A DNA stretch of 63,920 nt, the filler included, from Welwitschia mirabilis (taxonomy: Eukaryota), in assembly GCA_051453625.1 (NCBI GenBank). It is 4 parts of one record of this genome, joined end to end, with 100 filler letters (N's around TTAATTAATTAA, not from the genome) between each part and the next. Parts side by side here need not be neighbours in the genome. Positions count along the whole stretch, not along the records: positions 21,133 to 45,638 come from JBOZIK010000001.1; positions 45,739 to 62,397 come from JBOZIK010000001.1; 2 more parts are not named here. One strand, 5' to 3'. The notes beneath the pieces were generated by a model that saw nothing but the letters and a program-made list of their open reading frames with translations, ran no database searches and had not been told where the DNA came from. A program made the position numbers and the translations under genes. Below, one piece after another: positions 40,345-52,080 of the stretch (positions are counted from its first letter, which is position 1; every line of letters begins with the position of its first letter).

Positions 40345-42166
40345 TCATGTAGGATTATCATTAGAAGATTAAAAAATAAATAAAATGTTTTAGCTAGGAG
40401 TTTATTTATTAAGATTTTAGTATGCTAGTATGGAAAATAATATCCAGCAAATGTAATGGACATGTAATCATGTAGTAGCATAGGAAGAGTTTTGGTAAGT
40501 AAAATATGTTAGAAAAAGACAAAGTTGTAAGGAATATGTCATGAGGAAATCCATGTGTAATGAATTCACTATTTTTAGATATTATTTCTAGTGAATTTAT
40601 GTAAGAGTCTAAGATTAAAAGGATTCTTTATTGATAAGGATTACTCTTAAAGCCTTATAAATAAGAATGTATGAAGAGATGAAGGACACACTTGGAGAGT
40701 ATTCTTTAGAGCATGGCTTTGAGAAATCCTTGGTAAAGGACTTGGAGAAGGAAGAAGTAAGAGATATTGAATTTGGAACTTAATAGGAGATTTTATTAAG
40801 GAACTTTAGGAGATAGTTCCTGGTGAATAACATGGCTTACTTTCATTCTCTCTTAAAGGATACTGAGCATAAAAGTAATAGAGCCTTGATAAGGCTTTGA
40901 TAAGGACTATTAAGAAAAGAGCTCAAGGAAGCTTTACTAGCTTGATACTTGTTTTTAAGTGTTGTAATTGTTGTTTCAGTAATAGAAAATAATTTATTCA
41001 TTATATTCAACATTTTGTTTCATAAATATATCTTATGTATTTCTATTTCTATCTAGAAATATAATTTCAAAAATATTATTATGGTTTCATTATGCTTACT
41101 TTGCATCATCTCATATCAAAGCAAGTGTTGGATATTGTGTGGAGTTGGTTGCTATTTTTCATTTTAGAAAGGGTATAGCTAAAGAAGCCAATATTTTCTC
41201 ACCTAGAAAATTACCTTATGAGGATAGAATTAATGATGGAAGACATTCTAAGAATGATGATGGATGAGAACCATATACTCGAGCATAAAAATGAAGCTTT
41301 AGAGAAGAAGCAGAATGAAGAATAGTCTATGGTGGAAGAGACACTAAATAAGGATGCTATTCATGAAGATCAAAATATGAAGTTGGATGTGGACTATGTT
41401 TTCTAGCACATGGAGCCAACTTTAGAGGAGAAGTACAGAGATGAACAAATCATGATGCAAGAGCCATCATAGAAAGATGTTATGTATGAAAATTAGAATA
41501 GTGTAGTAGAAGCAAAAAGCATAAAAGAAATGAAGGTAACTATAATTGCAAATATATAAGAGATACCCTGAGAATAATTTTTCTACAAGCTTGAGAAAGA
41601 TGAAGGAAAAAAAGAATCATCGATGAAAGATTAAAGCCCATGGAAGACTACTCATTAGAGTAAAGACATGCTCTTATTTGACTAGTAGCTAAATTTTTAT
41701 TGGTGGAGAGTATGATATAGAGACATCATTATAAGATGAAAACATAAAGAAAGTATTTTAGCTAGGGGTTTATTTATTAATATTTTAGTGTGCTGGTGTG
41801 GAAAATAATATCCACCATATGTAATGATCTTGCAGGTGTCATGTGCAGTAACATAAAAGGATTCTTGGTTGTTGGAATATGTTAGAAAAAGATATAGTTG
41901 TAAGGAATATGTCATAAATCAATCCATGTATAAGGAATTTTCTATGTTTAGATACTCCTTTTAGTGAATTTCGTAAGATGTTAAGATTAGATGCATTCTT
42001 TTTTAATAAGGACTGATCTTGGAGCCTTGTAAATAAGAGGGTGTGAGGAGATGAAGGGAATTATTAGAGAGCATCCTTTAGAGCATGACTTGGATAAATC
42101 CTTGGTAAAGGACTTAGAGAAGAAAGAGGTAAGAGATCTTGAATTTATAGCTTGGAAGGAACTCTT

Positions 42167-43346
42167 TGTAACACCAAACTTTTCATCACCAAAAAACATT
42201 ACTTTTCAAAATCTATTGAAATTATAACATCCAACTTTTTACAACTGAAAAATGTTACTTTTCTTAATATATTACTATAAATTAAATCACATGTAGCCCA
42301 TCCTCCTTAAGAAATTATAACTTCCCTATAATAATAATAATAGTAATTGTTCTTCATATGGTCCTCTCCTCCATAATGCATTAAATGTTCCTTATTTTCT
42401 TAATTTAAAACTAACCTACTATAATAATGATTAATTCAAAGTAATATGGGATAATGATACTTCTATTAAATCAATAATTATTGTAACAAGTTATAGTAAA
42501 ACTGATAATGAAACTATAGAGAATTTTAATAAGTAAAATCATAATTTATCACATCTGTTATTACAAGATCAAAAAGGTTTAACCAAAAATACACATAATT
42601 TAGTTTGAAAAGAATCCTTAACATCATAATAATTACATAACTTAAATTTCAGGATTCATAAAAAAATAGAAATTTCACTCCAATGTAGATATTTCAACAT
42701 AACCAAGAATAATAATCTCCATTTCTTTATGCCCTTCTTAGCATTCAAGCTTTAGTTTTACCACCTATGTACATAAGAAATATGGAGTGAGAACCATGAA
42801 AATTTCATAACTTCCAGTATGGTCTAGGTAAGGCAAGGTCAAGATTTGAAGAAATCCATGTCTCAAGACAAAGATTTGGAAGTTCCAAGTCTCAAGATAA
42901 GACGATCTTACAGAAATGATATAAAAAATAATCCATTTTTCAATAAATTGTTCATCATATTTATTTCATATTTTCACTCACTTCCTCATTTGGTGATCTA
43001 TGATTTACTCATAATATTTTTCATATATTCTCTTACTTTACTATTTCATATGTTCTCTTAATAATTTTTTTCTATATTAAAATCATGAAAATTGAAATGA
43101 TCACAAAAGAAATTAATATTAATGAAACTACAAATTTAGCCACTAAAGATCATTATTGTTGAGGGTTATAACAAAATAATATTAAGGTTATTACAAAATG
43201 TAAGGACTTAAAAGTACAAAATTTTCCACAATATAGTGTCATCTCAATAACACAATATCTATATTAGTTTGAGGACTCTATAATGACAAAATTATTTTAA
43301 TTTTTTAAAGATAAAGCTTTGGATCTTGACAAATCTAGATGTGACA
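42167..43346 (-). repeat. 3' LTR of the Tekay-type element (1180 bp, internally deleted relative to the 5' LTR)
   Basis: Collinear with 53860-~54740 and ~55520-55801, and adjacent to the PPT. Confidence 0.88.
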
Positions 43347-44975
43347 TTTCTCTACCCCTTAAAAAGTTTCCTTCTTAAAACTTAAACTACAATACATCTT
43401 TTTTATATTTTTTAATTAGCTTCTCTTTCTATCTCTTCCAAATTGTTGTACATACATAGTTGATTTTATCTTCGCTCAATGCCATATAAGTTATTAAATA
43501 GGTTGGAATGTTATTCCTAGGATTCTAATTTATTATCATGATAATATTAATTACCTCTCATGTCTGGAATGATCAAGCCTGTACAAATTTTCCTTCTCTT
43601 CTATATCACTCTCTTTGTTGTCAATTGTATTTTCTACCCTATTGTATTGTAATAGAGGATGGTCCTCTCATGGACACATGACTTCATGGCAAATATATTG
43701 TACGTACTTTTGTTAAAGTTGTCTTACATCACTAATTTAACCTTGTGTTGTAATATCTATCTTACACAACATGCTCTACCTTATATCGATCATATGGGTC
43801 TTTTTTTTTTTTTTAAAGTTTTTGACCTCATGTGGCTTTCCTTTGCTTCTAATTCTTTAGTTGAATGTAACTTCAAATCAGGTCTCAAGGACTTTTTATT
43901 ATGCATTATCACTATTTCACATGCTTCTACAAGCTTATTTTAGTATGATCTATATGAATTTCATGAAAAGATCTTTCATGAGAAACTAGGTAAGTACTAA
44001 ATAATTGCTTTTGGAAATAAATCTAAGAAATAATTGAATATACTTGTGGATAGTTGAAAACCATTAAATCTCAACCAAAATAAGCTTGGACTATAACATC
44101 AAATATTGCATCATAACAATCTGTCACTCCAAATCGTGATACTCACTTCTAAAGATGTTGTTAGAATCTTATATTACCAATTGATGTCAAAATAATGTGA
44201 TCTTTATAGAATGAAACTTGATTTTAAAGATGCAAGAAACTAAAGGATTTATATCCAAAAGATAGTAAGATTTGGACATGTTCTGATTAAAGTAACTTGA
44301 TTTTCTATCCAAGAACTTAAAGTAGGAGTTGACCAAACTTGGAAATACTCATTTTGAGCTATTTTATGAGGGGTCAATTGGATCTTTGAGGGGTTGTTTA
44401 AACCTAGAAATGCATTTTTAAAGATTCTTCATATGTACTATATCATATGGAGTCGACCGGACTCATGGGGGGTTGACCAAACCTGAAGAAAAGGGGTCAA
44501 CCGGATTTTATATGGGGGTAACCGAGCAAAGTAACGTGAATTACTCAGGTTGACTACATGGAAAAGGGGATGACCGAATCAATTAATTTGGGTCACTCGG
44601 ATTGACAGATGTTCCAAAGGGTCAATCGATCAAAGAGAAAGCAGAAATTTTCAAATAATTTTCTAACCTTTATATCATCAAATCTATTCATTTTAAATGT
44701 TAGATTTCTTCCTAACTATATAATGACTATATTTTGGGGAAATCTATTTAAAGAAACAACACTTAAAAACCTAGTGTGCTTAAGATCTAATGGATTTTGA
44801 AAAAAAGGATTGCACTCTTAATTTGAAGAGCTTACCTTTGTACCATCATTCTTCTCTCACTCAGCAGTTACCTTTGTACTAAATCTGAGTAATAAGTCTC
44901 CATTGTTAGTTCTTGTATTTGAGTGACTTAGAGCATAGAGGTTTTGTTCCCTCGCTCACCCTTGTGCATTTGATT

Positions 44976-45210
44976 GAGGTTAAGACTTAGCCTGCAAAAG
45001 TCCATTTTATGAAAGTTGAGACTTAGCCTGCAAAAGTCCATTTTTTGAAGGTTAAGAATTAGGCTGCAAAAAAGTCCATTTTATAGAGGTTAAGCTTAGC
45101 CTATAAAAGTCCATTCTATGAAGGTTAAGACTTAGCCTGCAAAAGTTTATTTGTAAAGGTTGAGACTTAACTTAAAAAAGTCCACTTTGTAAGGTTGAAG
45201 ATTAGCCTTA
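44976..45210 (+). repeat. ~36-bp tandem repeat in the Sirevirus-like LTR (6 units plus a partial; 4 plus a partial at 47932-48092)
   Basis: Unit consensus gaaggttgagacttagcctgcaaaagtccattttat. Confidence 0.9.
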
Positions 45211-45509
45211 GAAACCTGGTGGATATTGAAGCAACAAAGATCTAGAACAGTCTTGGTTATTAACTAACTTTTGAGAGTGGAGTAGGGTGTATCCCAAACC
45301 ACTATAAATCTTGTCTTGTGCATTTCTTTTGTTCTACTTTTTAGTTTATTTTGTTATATGTTTTTCTATCGTAATTTCTTTATTGGGTAGTAATAATTAT
45401 TATCCTATTTAATCGCTCTCTAGGATTCTTGATACTACATTTGGTAATAGAGCTCTAGGTTGAGTCAACACTAAAATTTTAATCAATATTTAAATCAATA
45501 ACTATAGCC

Positions 45510-46420
45510 ATGAGTTTTATTACAAAAGGTTTCTCTATTTCTAGGCCTCCACGGTTTGATGGAACAAACTATGAATATTAGAAGGCTAGAATTAAAATAT
45601 TCTTAGGATCTCTTGATATAGATTATGAGGATATATTGNNNNNNNNNNNNNNNNNNNNNNNNNNNNNNNNNNNNNNNNNNNNTTAATTAATTAANNNNNN
45701 NNNNNNNNNNNNNNNNNNNNNNNNNNNNNNNNNNNNNNACAATAGGAAACTAAAGGATCTAAAGAATCCATCATTAGTAACCACTTGGGATAACCTTGAA
45801 GAAGATGAAGAAGAAAGCTCAAATAAAGAATATTAAGAACATGGAACATTATCTTTCATGGCACTTATGAATTCCACCACTCACTAAGCATGATGATTTG
45901 GACATGGGTGAAGATGAAGAAGAGGAGGATTTTGAAGACACATATCATGAACTATATCAAGAATGTGAAAGGCTTGCTGTAAAAGTCAATGAACTGAACA
46001 ATAGCATTAATGATTTGAGAAGAGAGCATGAAGCCTTAGATCAAAGATATAAAGAGATTCCAGAAGAAAACACAAGTCTCATGAAGAATTTAACCTAGTC
46101 TTCACAAGTCTTGAGTAGATTCACAGAAGGATCAAAGAAACTTGAGAAGATGCTTGGATTGGAATAACTAGCAAATAACAAAAAAGGTATTGGATTTGAA
46201 GGCAATAGTACATCAACTTGATCCAATNNNNNNNNNNNNNNNNNNNNNNNNNNNNNNNNNNNNNNNNNNNNNNNNCATTATTGTTGCAAACTTGGTCATT
46301 CAAAATTTAACTGTCCATATAGAAAAAGTATGTATTTTGCAAATATTAATGCATTATCATTTAAATTTGTTTTCAAACAAGTCTCTACCCCAAATTCAAG
46401 AAAGATCATATGGGTAAAAG
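45510..46420 (+). pseudogene. Sirevirus-type gag remnant
   Basis: MSFITKGFSISRPPRFDGTNYEY*KARIKIFL (copia gag N-terminus), acidic coiled-coil ORF 45898-46098, RFTEGSKKLEKML..KKGIGF, zinc knuckle HYCCKLGHSKFNC and KIIWVK. Spans a linker gap. Confidence 0.82.
45639..45738. other. Artificial scaffold linker N44-TTAATTAATTAA-N44
   Basis: Linker at 45683-45694 with 44 N on each side. Confidence 0.97.
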
Positions 46421-49155
46421 CTAAGAATTTTGAGTTGTTTTGATCCAAGAAAATTTTAAATTTAGTACTAGTTCATTATTTTGATTAATTATCATTTATT
46501 AAAATAGTTTTTCTAAATCATCAATTGTTGTAATATGATGTGCTTCTTGGAACCATCATTTTGATATTTACCTTGTTATCAGATTTGCATCTTAATGATA
46601 ATTTTTTGTGAAGATTTGTCGATAAGTTTTGAATATTTTGATGTTTCACTTTGTAATTAGATCTTGTTATCATGAACATAGCATCATTTGGTATTATTTT
46701 ATAATGAATTGAAAATTATCCTCTTATTTACATACTTGCCTTGAAACTCTATCATGATTATTATTAATTTTTTTACATATATATATGTCATAAAGTTAGG
46801 GGGAGAAAATATGATATTTCTCATCACCTGCCTAAGTTTTATAGCTCTTTTTCTATCTTTTTTTATCCTTTATCATTAATTTCAAAGGGGGATAAACTAT
46901 GTTGTTTTCAAAAATATGCATGAACTAAAAATGATTTGTTTCAAAAATATTTCTTTCTTAAAAGGAATTACACACTTTACTTAATATTGTTTGCATGACT
47001 TTATAAAAGGGGGAGCTTTTATTATGTGCCTTGTTAGAAAAGAGCTTAAATATGAAATATTTGTTTAATCTTAAAATCACTCATTTGTTTGCCATCAATG
47101 TCAAAGGGGGAGATTGTTAGGATTTTATATTTCCAATTGATGTCAAACTAATATGATCTTTGTAGAATGAAATGTGATTTTATAGATGCAATAAACTAAA
47201 AGATCCATATCCAAAAGACAGTAATATTTGAATATGTTCTGATTAAAGTAACTTGCTTTTCTATTCAAGGACTTAGAAAGTAGTCAACTAAGCTTGGAAA
47301 TACTCGTTTTGAACTACTTTGCAAGGAGTCGACTGGATCTTTGAGAGGTCGACCAGACCTGGAAATGAATTTTTCAAGATTTTCCATATGTACTATGTCA
47401 TATGGGGTTAACCAGACTCATGTGGGGTCAACTGAACCTGAAGAAAAGGGGTTGACGGGATTTTAGATGGGGACAACTAGACCAAGTAACATGAGTTACT
47501 TGGGTCAACCAGATGGAAAAAGGGACGACTGGATTAAGTGATGTGAGTCATTTAGATTGATCGGATGTTTCGAAGTGTCGACCGGTTAGAGTGGAAGCAG
47601 AAATTTTCAAACAGTTTTTTAACCGTTATATCACCAAATCTATTAGTTTCAAATGTCAGATTTCTTTCCAATTATCTAATATTTATATTTTGGGGAAATC
47701 TATTTCAAAAGCCAACACTCAAAAACTTGGTGTGCTTAAGATCTAATGGATTTTGAAAAAAAAGGTTGCACTCTTGATCTGAAGAGTTCATCTCTGTACC
47801 ATCATTCTTTTCTCACTCAACACCTACCTTTATACTAAATCTAAGCAATAAGGCTCCATTGTTGGTTCTTACATTTGAGTGACTTAGAGCATAGAGGCTT
47901 CATTTCCTCACTCACCCTTGTGCATCTTATTGAGGTTGAGACTTGGCCTGTAGAAGTTTGTTTTATGAAGGTTGATACTTAGCCTGAAAAAGTCCATTTT
48001 ATGAAGGTTGAGACTTAGCCTACAAAAGTCTGTTTGTGAAGGTTGAGACTTAACCTGAAAAAGTCCACTTTGTAAGGTTGAAGGTCAGCCTTGGAAACCT
48101 AGTGGATAGTGAAGCAACAGAGATCCAGAATAGTTTTGGTTATTGACTGACTTCTGAGAGTGGAGTAGGGTGTATCCCCAACCACTATAAATCTTGTCTT
48201 GTGCATTTCTTTTGTTCTACTTTTGAGTTTGATTTGTTATATGTTTTCTGTCATAATTTCTTTATTGGGTAATAATAATTGTTTAAATTTTTTAGAATCC
48301 TATTCACTCCCCCCTTTGTAGATCCCTTGCAATCTAGACTCCTTTGTTGTGTACTTCTTTCAATACCTCTTAGATACTTTGGCTTGTATAATTTAGTTGG
48401 ATTTCCATTTCAAAGGTTAATATGTACAATATAACACCTTGAATCCTAACAAGTCAAGAATAAAATGTGTGAAATAAGGCCAAAGTTATGCAAGTATAGA
48501 TTAAATAAATATACAATAGCTTTTAGATTAACTAAGAGTGAGTTGAATTGAGCCTTATAAGCTAAAGTATCTTTATACATATTCCATCCAAACAAGACTA
48601 CTAGTTTTAACTATAAACAATAATAGGATTTAAAGACTTGTCATCTAGCTAAGGATTACAATACATAGGTCAATGATAATTATGAAAGAGGACTTGACTA
48701 ATATAAATAACTCATCAAGGAATATAAGAAACTTTTAAGACAGGGAATTATCTAAAGATTTGTTGACAATAGTATATAAGCTACCCAGATAAGCCAAAAA
48801 GTTAACCCATTGATGAAAGTAATACCTCTTCACTTTTATCCACCAACATATCATGATAATATCACTTTCCTTTATCTATAAATCCAAACAACTAAAGTTA
48901 AACTAAATCAATCAAAATGAAGGTAATAGGGGATGAATATTCCTTGAACTATTTCTTTCTCATCTTATAGACAAGCATCCTCGCACAAGATGTCTTGCAA
49001 TCAACACAATTTAAAAATGATTTAATGGATAAAATGATTTTAGAGTTCTTATGCAACATGATTTCTTTAAAAATGAAGGAAAATAACTTTAGGAGAAATA
49101 GATCCCCATGCGATATTTTTCCAAATTGTATCATACTTTTTGCTTAATTTCTTAC

Positions 49156-49905
49156 CTGTTCTGCCCTTGCTTTATGCGCAATCATATGGCTTTTGGAGAA
49201 ATTCAAAAAAAAGTCCGGGCACGGTGGCGATGGAGTATTGCTTAGCAAAGGCAATGAAGATTGGAAATCCATGCTCCTGTGCTCTGCTTTTACTCTGCAA
49301 CCACTACCATTCTCCTTCGTCTTCCTCTGCCTGTTCGTCATCGCGCTTATCTTCCTCATTGTTGTCCTCTGCGTCTGTATCTGCCCGCACATCTGCATTT
49401 GCATCCAAGATCACTTTCGCATCTTCATTCTAAATGGACAATGTAGAAGGACCTTCTTCGTCTTCTTTCACTTCTAAGAACCTCGGTTTCTGCAGAAGCA
49501 TAGGCAAGACATAGAACGATGTAAGTCAATATCCCATATACTCGATATGGATATGAATGGAGAGGGATTCAATTGTTATGATAAAGGTTTAGTGCTTGTA
49601 GGCTATGTTGGAGGTTTGTTCTTTACAAGTTCCAATTCGCTGGTGAACTACGTTTTGAAGTTTTTGTTTATTGATTCTATTTTGAAGCCTTGCTGAAGGG
49701 TTTCTATCAGAAATTTGTCCGTCTCTTTTGTCCTATACTTCATTTCTATGCAATTCTTTAAACTCTTCTCTAGCGCTTCCACAATCTCAACCTTACTGGT
49801 CCAATCTATCCCCTCACAGGACTGGATTAGTTGAGTTTTAAGCTTGTAAGGGAATATGCTTAATAGCACCTTACCAGACTTCTCAAATGGACAAGCATGG
49901 ATCTG
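49156..49905 (-). pseudogene. Unidentified disrupted coding fragment with acidic low-complexity tract
   Basis: ORF 49648-49947 (KETQIHACPFEKSGKVLL..IETLQQGF) is followed by EVKEDEEGPST..DADVRADTDAEDNNEEDKRDDEQAEEDEGE. It ends at a consensus-like donor CAG|GTAAG (49156/49155) and is CpG-rich relative to its surroundings. Confidence 0.4.
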
Positions 49906-51003
49906 TGTTTCTTTCATATAAACATTTCTCCGGTTCAATTCCTCCATCTGTATTGTTATTAAATCGTCCCTATAGACTGGTCATTTCAAACAACAAATTA
50001 AGTGGCCAGATACCTACTCTTTGAATTCACTGGAACATTTGATGACATTGAGGTTCGAAAACAATCTCTTCACTCTCAACATTACAACTCTTTAGGACTT
50101 CGATATGTGAGACAATCATCTAATGGTTGCAATTCCTCAGTTATTGTTCTATTTTCCTACATCTGCATTCTCGGAAATTTGTTTCTTTGTGGAAATCCAC
50201 TACAAAGCTGTAAAAACATCATAAGCAACTCCACAACTCAAAAGGATATTGTGAATTCCAACCCAGCTGTCCAAGTTCTAGATGTCGTGCTATTATTGCG
50301 ATAATTCTGGGAGATTTTGCTGTGTTGCTTCTTGTAACCTGTATATTACTATGCTACTACTGGCATCATTATGAAAAGCAAATGATTAACAAAAAGCCTA
50401 CAAAGGGATTAAATTTCGAAAATGATGCTTATGTTTCAGGTTAGTATACAGTTCAAGCAGGATTTATTGAGAAGGATACTAGACAATTTAAGCTCAAAGA
50501 TCTTCTGCGAGCATCTGCTGAAATGTTGGGAAAAGGCAGTACTGAAATGACATACAAGGCTATTTTAAGAGGATGCTAACGTGGTTGCAGTCAAGAGGCT
50601 AAAAGATGTCCATGGTTTAGGCAGAAGGGACTTTGAGAAGCTATTAGAAAAGCTGCAACACAGAAATGTGGTGAGCTTAAAGGCTTCCTATTGTGTTAGA
50701 GATGAAAACTACTAGTTTATGATTATATGGAGAACTTTAGTCTACATACTCTTCTACATGCCAATAGAGGCCCTAGTAGAACCCCTTTAGTTTGGACAAC
50801 TACAACGAAAATTGCTGTAGGGGTAGTCCGGGGCCTTGCATTTATTCACTATTCCAGTAAATCTCCTAAGTTGGCTTAAGGAAATGTCCGATCTTCCAAT
50901 GTTCTCATTGACAAGAATGGAAATGCATGCATTTCAGATATTGGTCTATTTTCTTTCTTCATGCCTTGTAAAGTCAAACCATAAGAAAATGGCTATCTGA
51001 AGC
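49906..51003 (+). pseudogene. Fragment of an LRR-III receptor-like kinase (At1g68400-like): LRRs, transmembrane segment and N-terminal part of the kinase
   Basis: FLSYKHFSGSIPPSV..YRLVISNNKLSGQIP..GNLFLCGNPLQSC..IILGDFAVLLLVTCILLCYYW..FKLKDLLRASAEMLGKG..VVAVKRLKD..LLVYDYM..LLHANRGPSRTPL..GNVRSSNVLIDKNGNACISDIGL..NGY. Several frameshifts and stops, truncated at both ends. Confidence 0.92.
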
Positions 51004-51519
51004 CTTTCTTCATTTTATGAATTCACTTTGGTTTCTGCAAATTTTATTTATGCTTCCATTATCCTTACTATCAGATCTAAGAGGGTTAGCTCCTATTTGT
51101 GAACGACGTTCCCTATATCCATAATTAGAGTCATTTCAAGTGTCTTGAATTGTAGATTATCATATAGATAGTGATACAGAGCTTCTTAGGAAAAGGACCT
51201 TCCATTAATTAACACAGCAGATTAGCTGCATTGTTTAAACTTTTCAAGACTAAGAAATCACATAGACAATCCCTCAACTTCAAAGGTTGGAATAGCATTA
51301 CTAAAACTTGATAGATGATACCTGGTTATGGCTGTAAGCTGAACACTCCCTGAAACCAGTCCAAAGCATTGGTAAAAGAAAACCAAGGTTTAGTGCAGTA
51401 ATCTGACTCAAAAATTCATGAGTGTTTTGGTAGTAATAGGATAAAACATCAATTGATAATACAAGACTTTAGAAATAAAACCAGAAAAGCAAAAATGAGT
51501 GACCATATAGAAGAGTAAA

Positions 51520-52080
51520 GGGGGTTTATCAATCTTACTCAAATAATGTGCTATTCTCCTGGAGAACATTAGCTTTAGGAATAAGAAAAGGGTCAAAAAT
51601 TGATAATGGTAAATATTTTTAGGAAAATTGTCTACATTTAAGAGGATCTCTTACTTTGCCAAAGCTTCACTTGAATGACAACATTGAGAACTCATTCCTC
51701 ATTGTGATGGCATTTGAAGAATGTTTTCTTCAAGAGAAAACAGTTCCACAATATGTCATCTTCATGAATTCTCTCATTGAGAAGGGAAGTGATGTAGTGC
51801 TTCTGTGCAGGGTAGAAGTAACTCAGAACACACTGCAAGTTACAAAGAGGTGGAAAATCTCTTAAACCATCTTAGGATATACATCATAAGGCATGAAATT
51901 GTGGAGATTGAAGAACAAATGGGCAAGAGGATCCAAAAGCATCATTAGAGCTCTAAAAGAAGGATGACCAAAAAAATTCATCGAGATCTACTTTTCAAAA
52001 CCTTGGGAAGCCTGTATTACATTTGTAACATTCATTATATTGATTTGAATTCTAATGCATATCATCTATGTATAACATTA
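51520..52080 (+). pseudogene. DUF247 (UPF0481) protein C-terminal fragment
   Basis: LTLPKLHLNDNIENSFLIVMAFEEC..YVIFMNSLIEKGSDVVLL..NTLxSYKEVENLLNHL..YFSKPW followed by a hydrophobic tail, which is the characteristic DUF247 ending. Frameshifted. Confidence 0.88.

Larger units (their letters stand above)
44159..48315 (+). mobile_element. Gag-only Sirevirus (SIRE/Maximus)-like Ty1/copia element nested in the Tekay-type element
   Basis: LTRs at 44159-45439 and 47115-~48315. PBS tggtaatagagc 45442-45453. Four AGGGGGAG/A purine boxes (46798, 46885, 47007, 47104) and a TATTCACTCCCCCC LTR end motif. The 3' terminus is eroded and no TSD was found. Confidence 0.82.

Noticed and set aside
44609-44800. 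63-aa ORF open in both Sirevirus-like LTRs (also 47565-47756)
   Set aside because: 19 of 63 residues differ between the copies, there is no recognisable motif, and it overlaps the TATA-like region. Probably incidental.
44976-45210. ~36-bp repeat array as a possible CRISPR
   Set aside because: Units are head to tail with no unique spacers, there are no cas genes, and the array lies within both LTRs of a plant retroelement.
48316-48345. Target-site duplication for the Sirevirus-like element
   Set aside because: The left flank gatgt (44154-44158) has no match after the eroded 3' LTR end.
49140-49477. Plus-strand Ser-rich and hydrophobic ORFs (49140-49433, 49193-49477)
   Set aside because: They are antisense shadows of the GAA/GAT-rich acidic tract on the minus strand.
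50002-50304. 100-aa ORF as an independent gene
   Set aside because: It is mostly an off-frame reading of the frameshifted LRR-kinase fragment. Only GNLFLCGNPLQSC onward is in the kinase frame.
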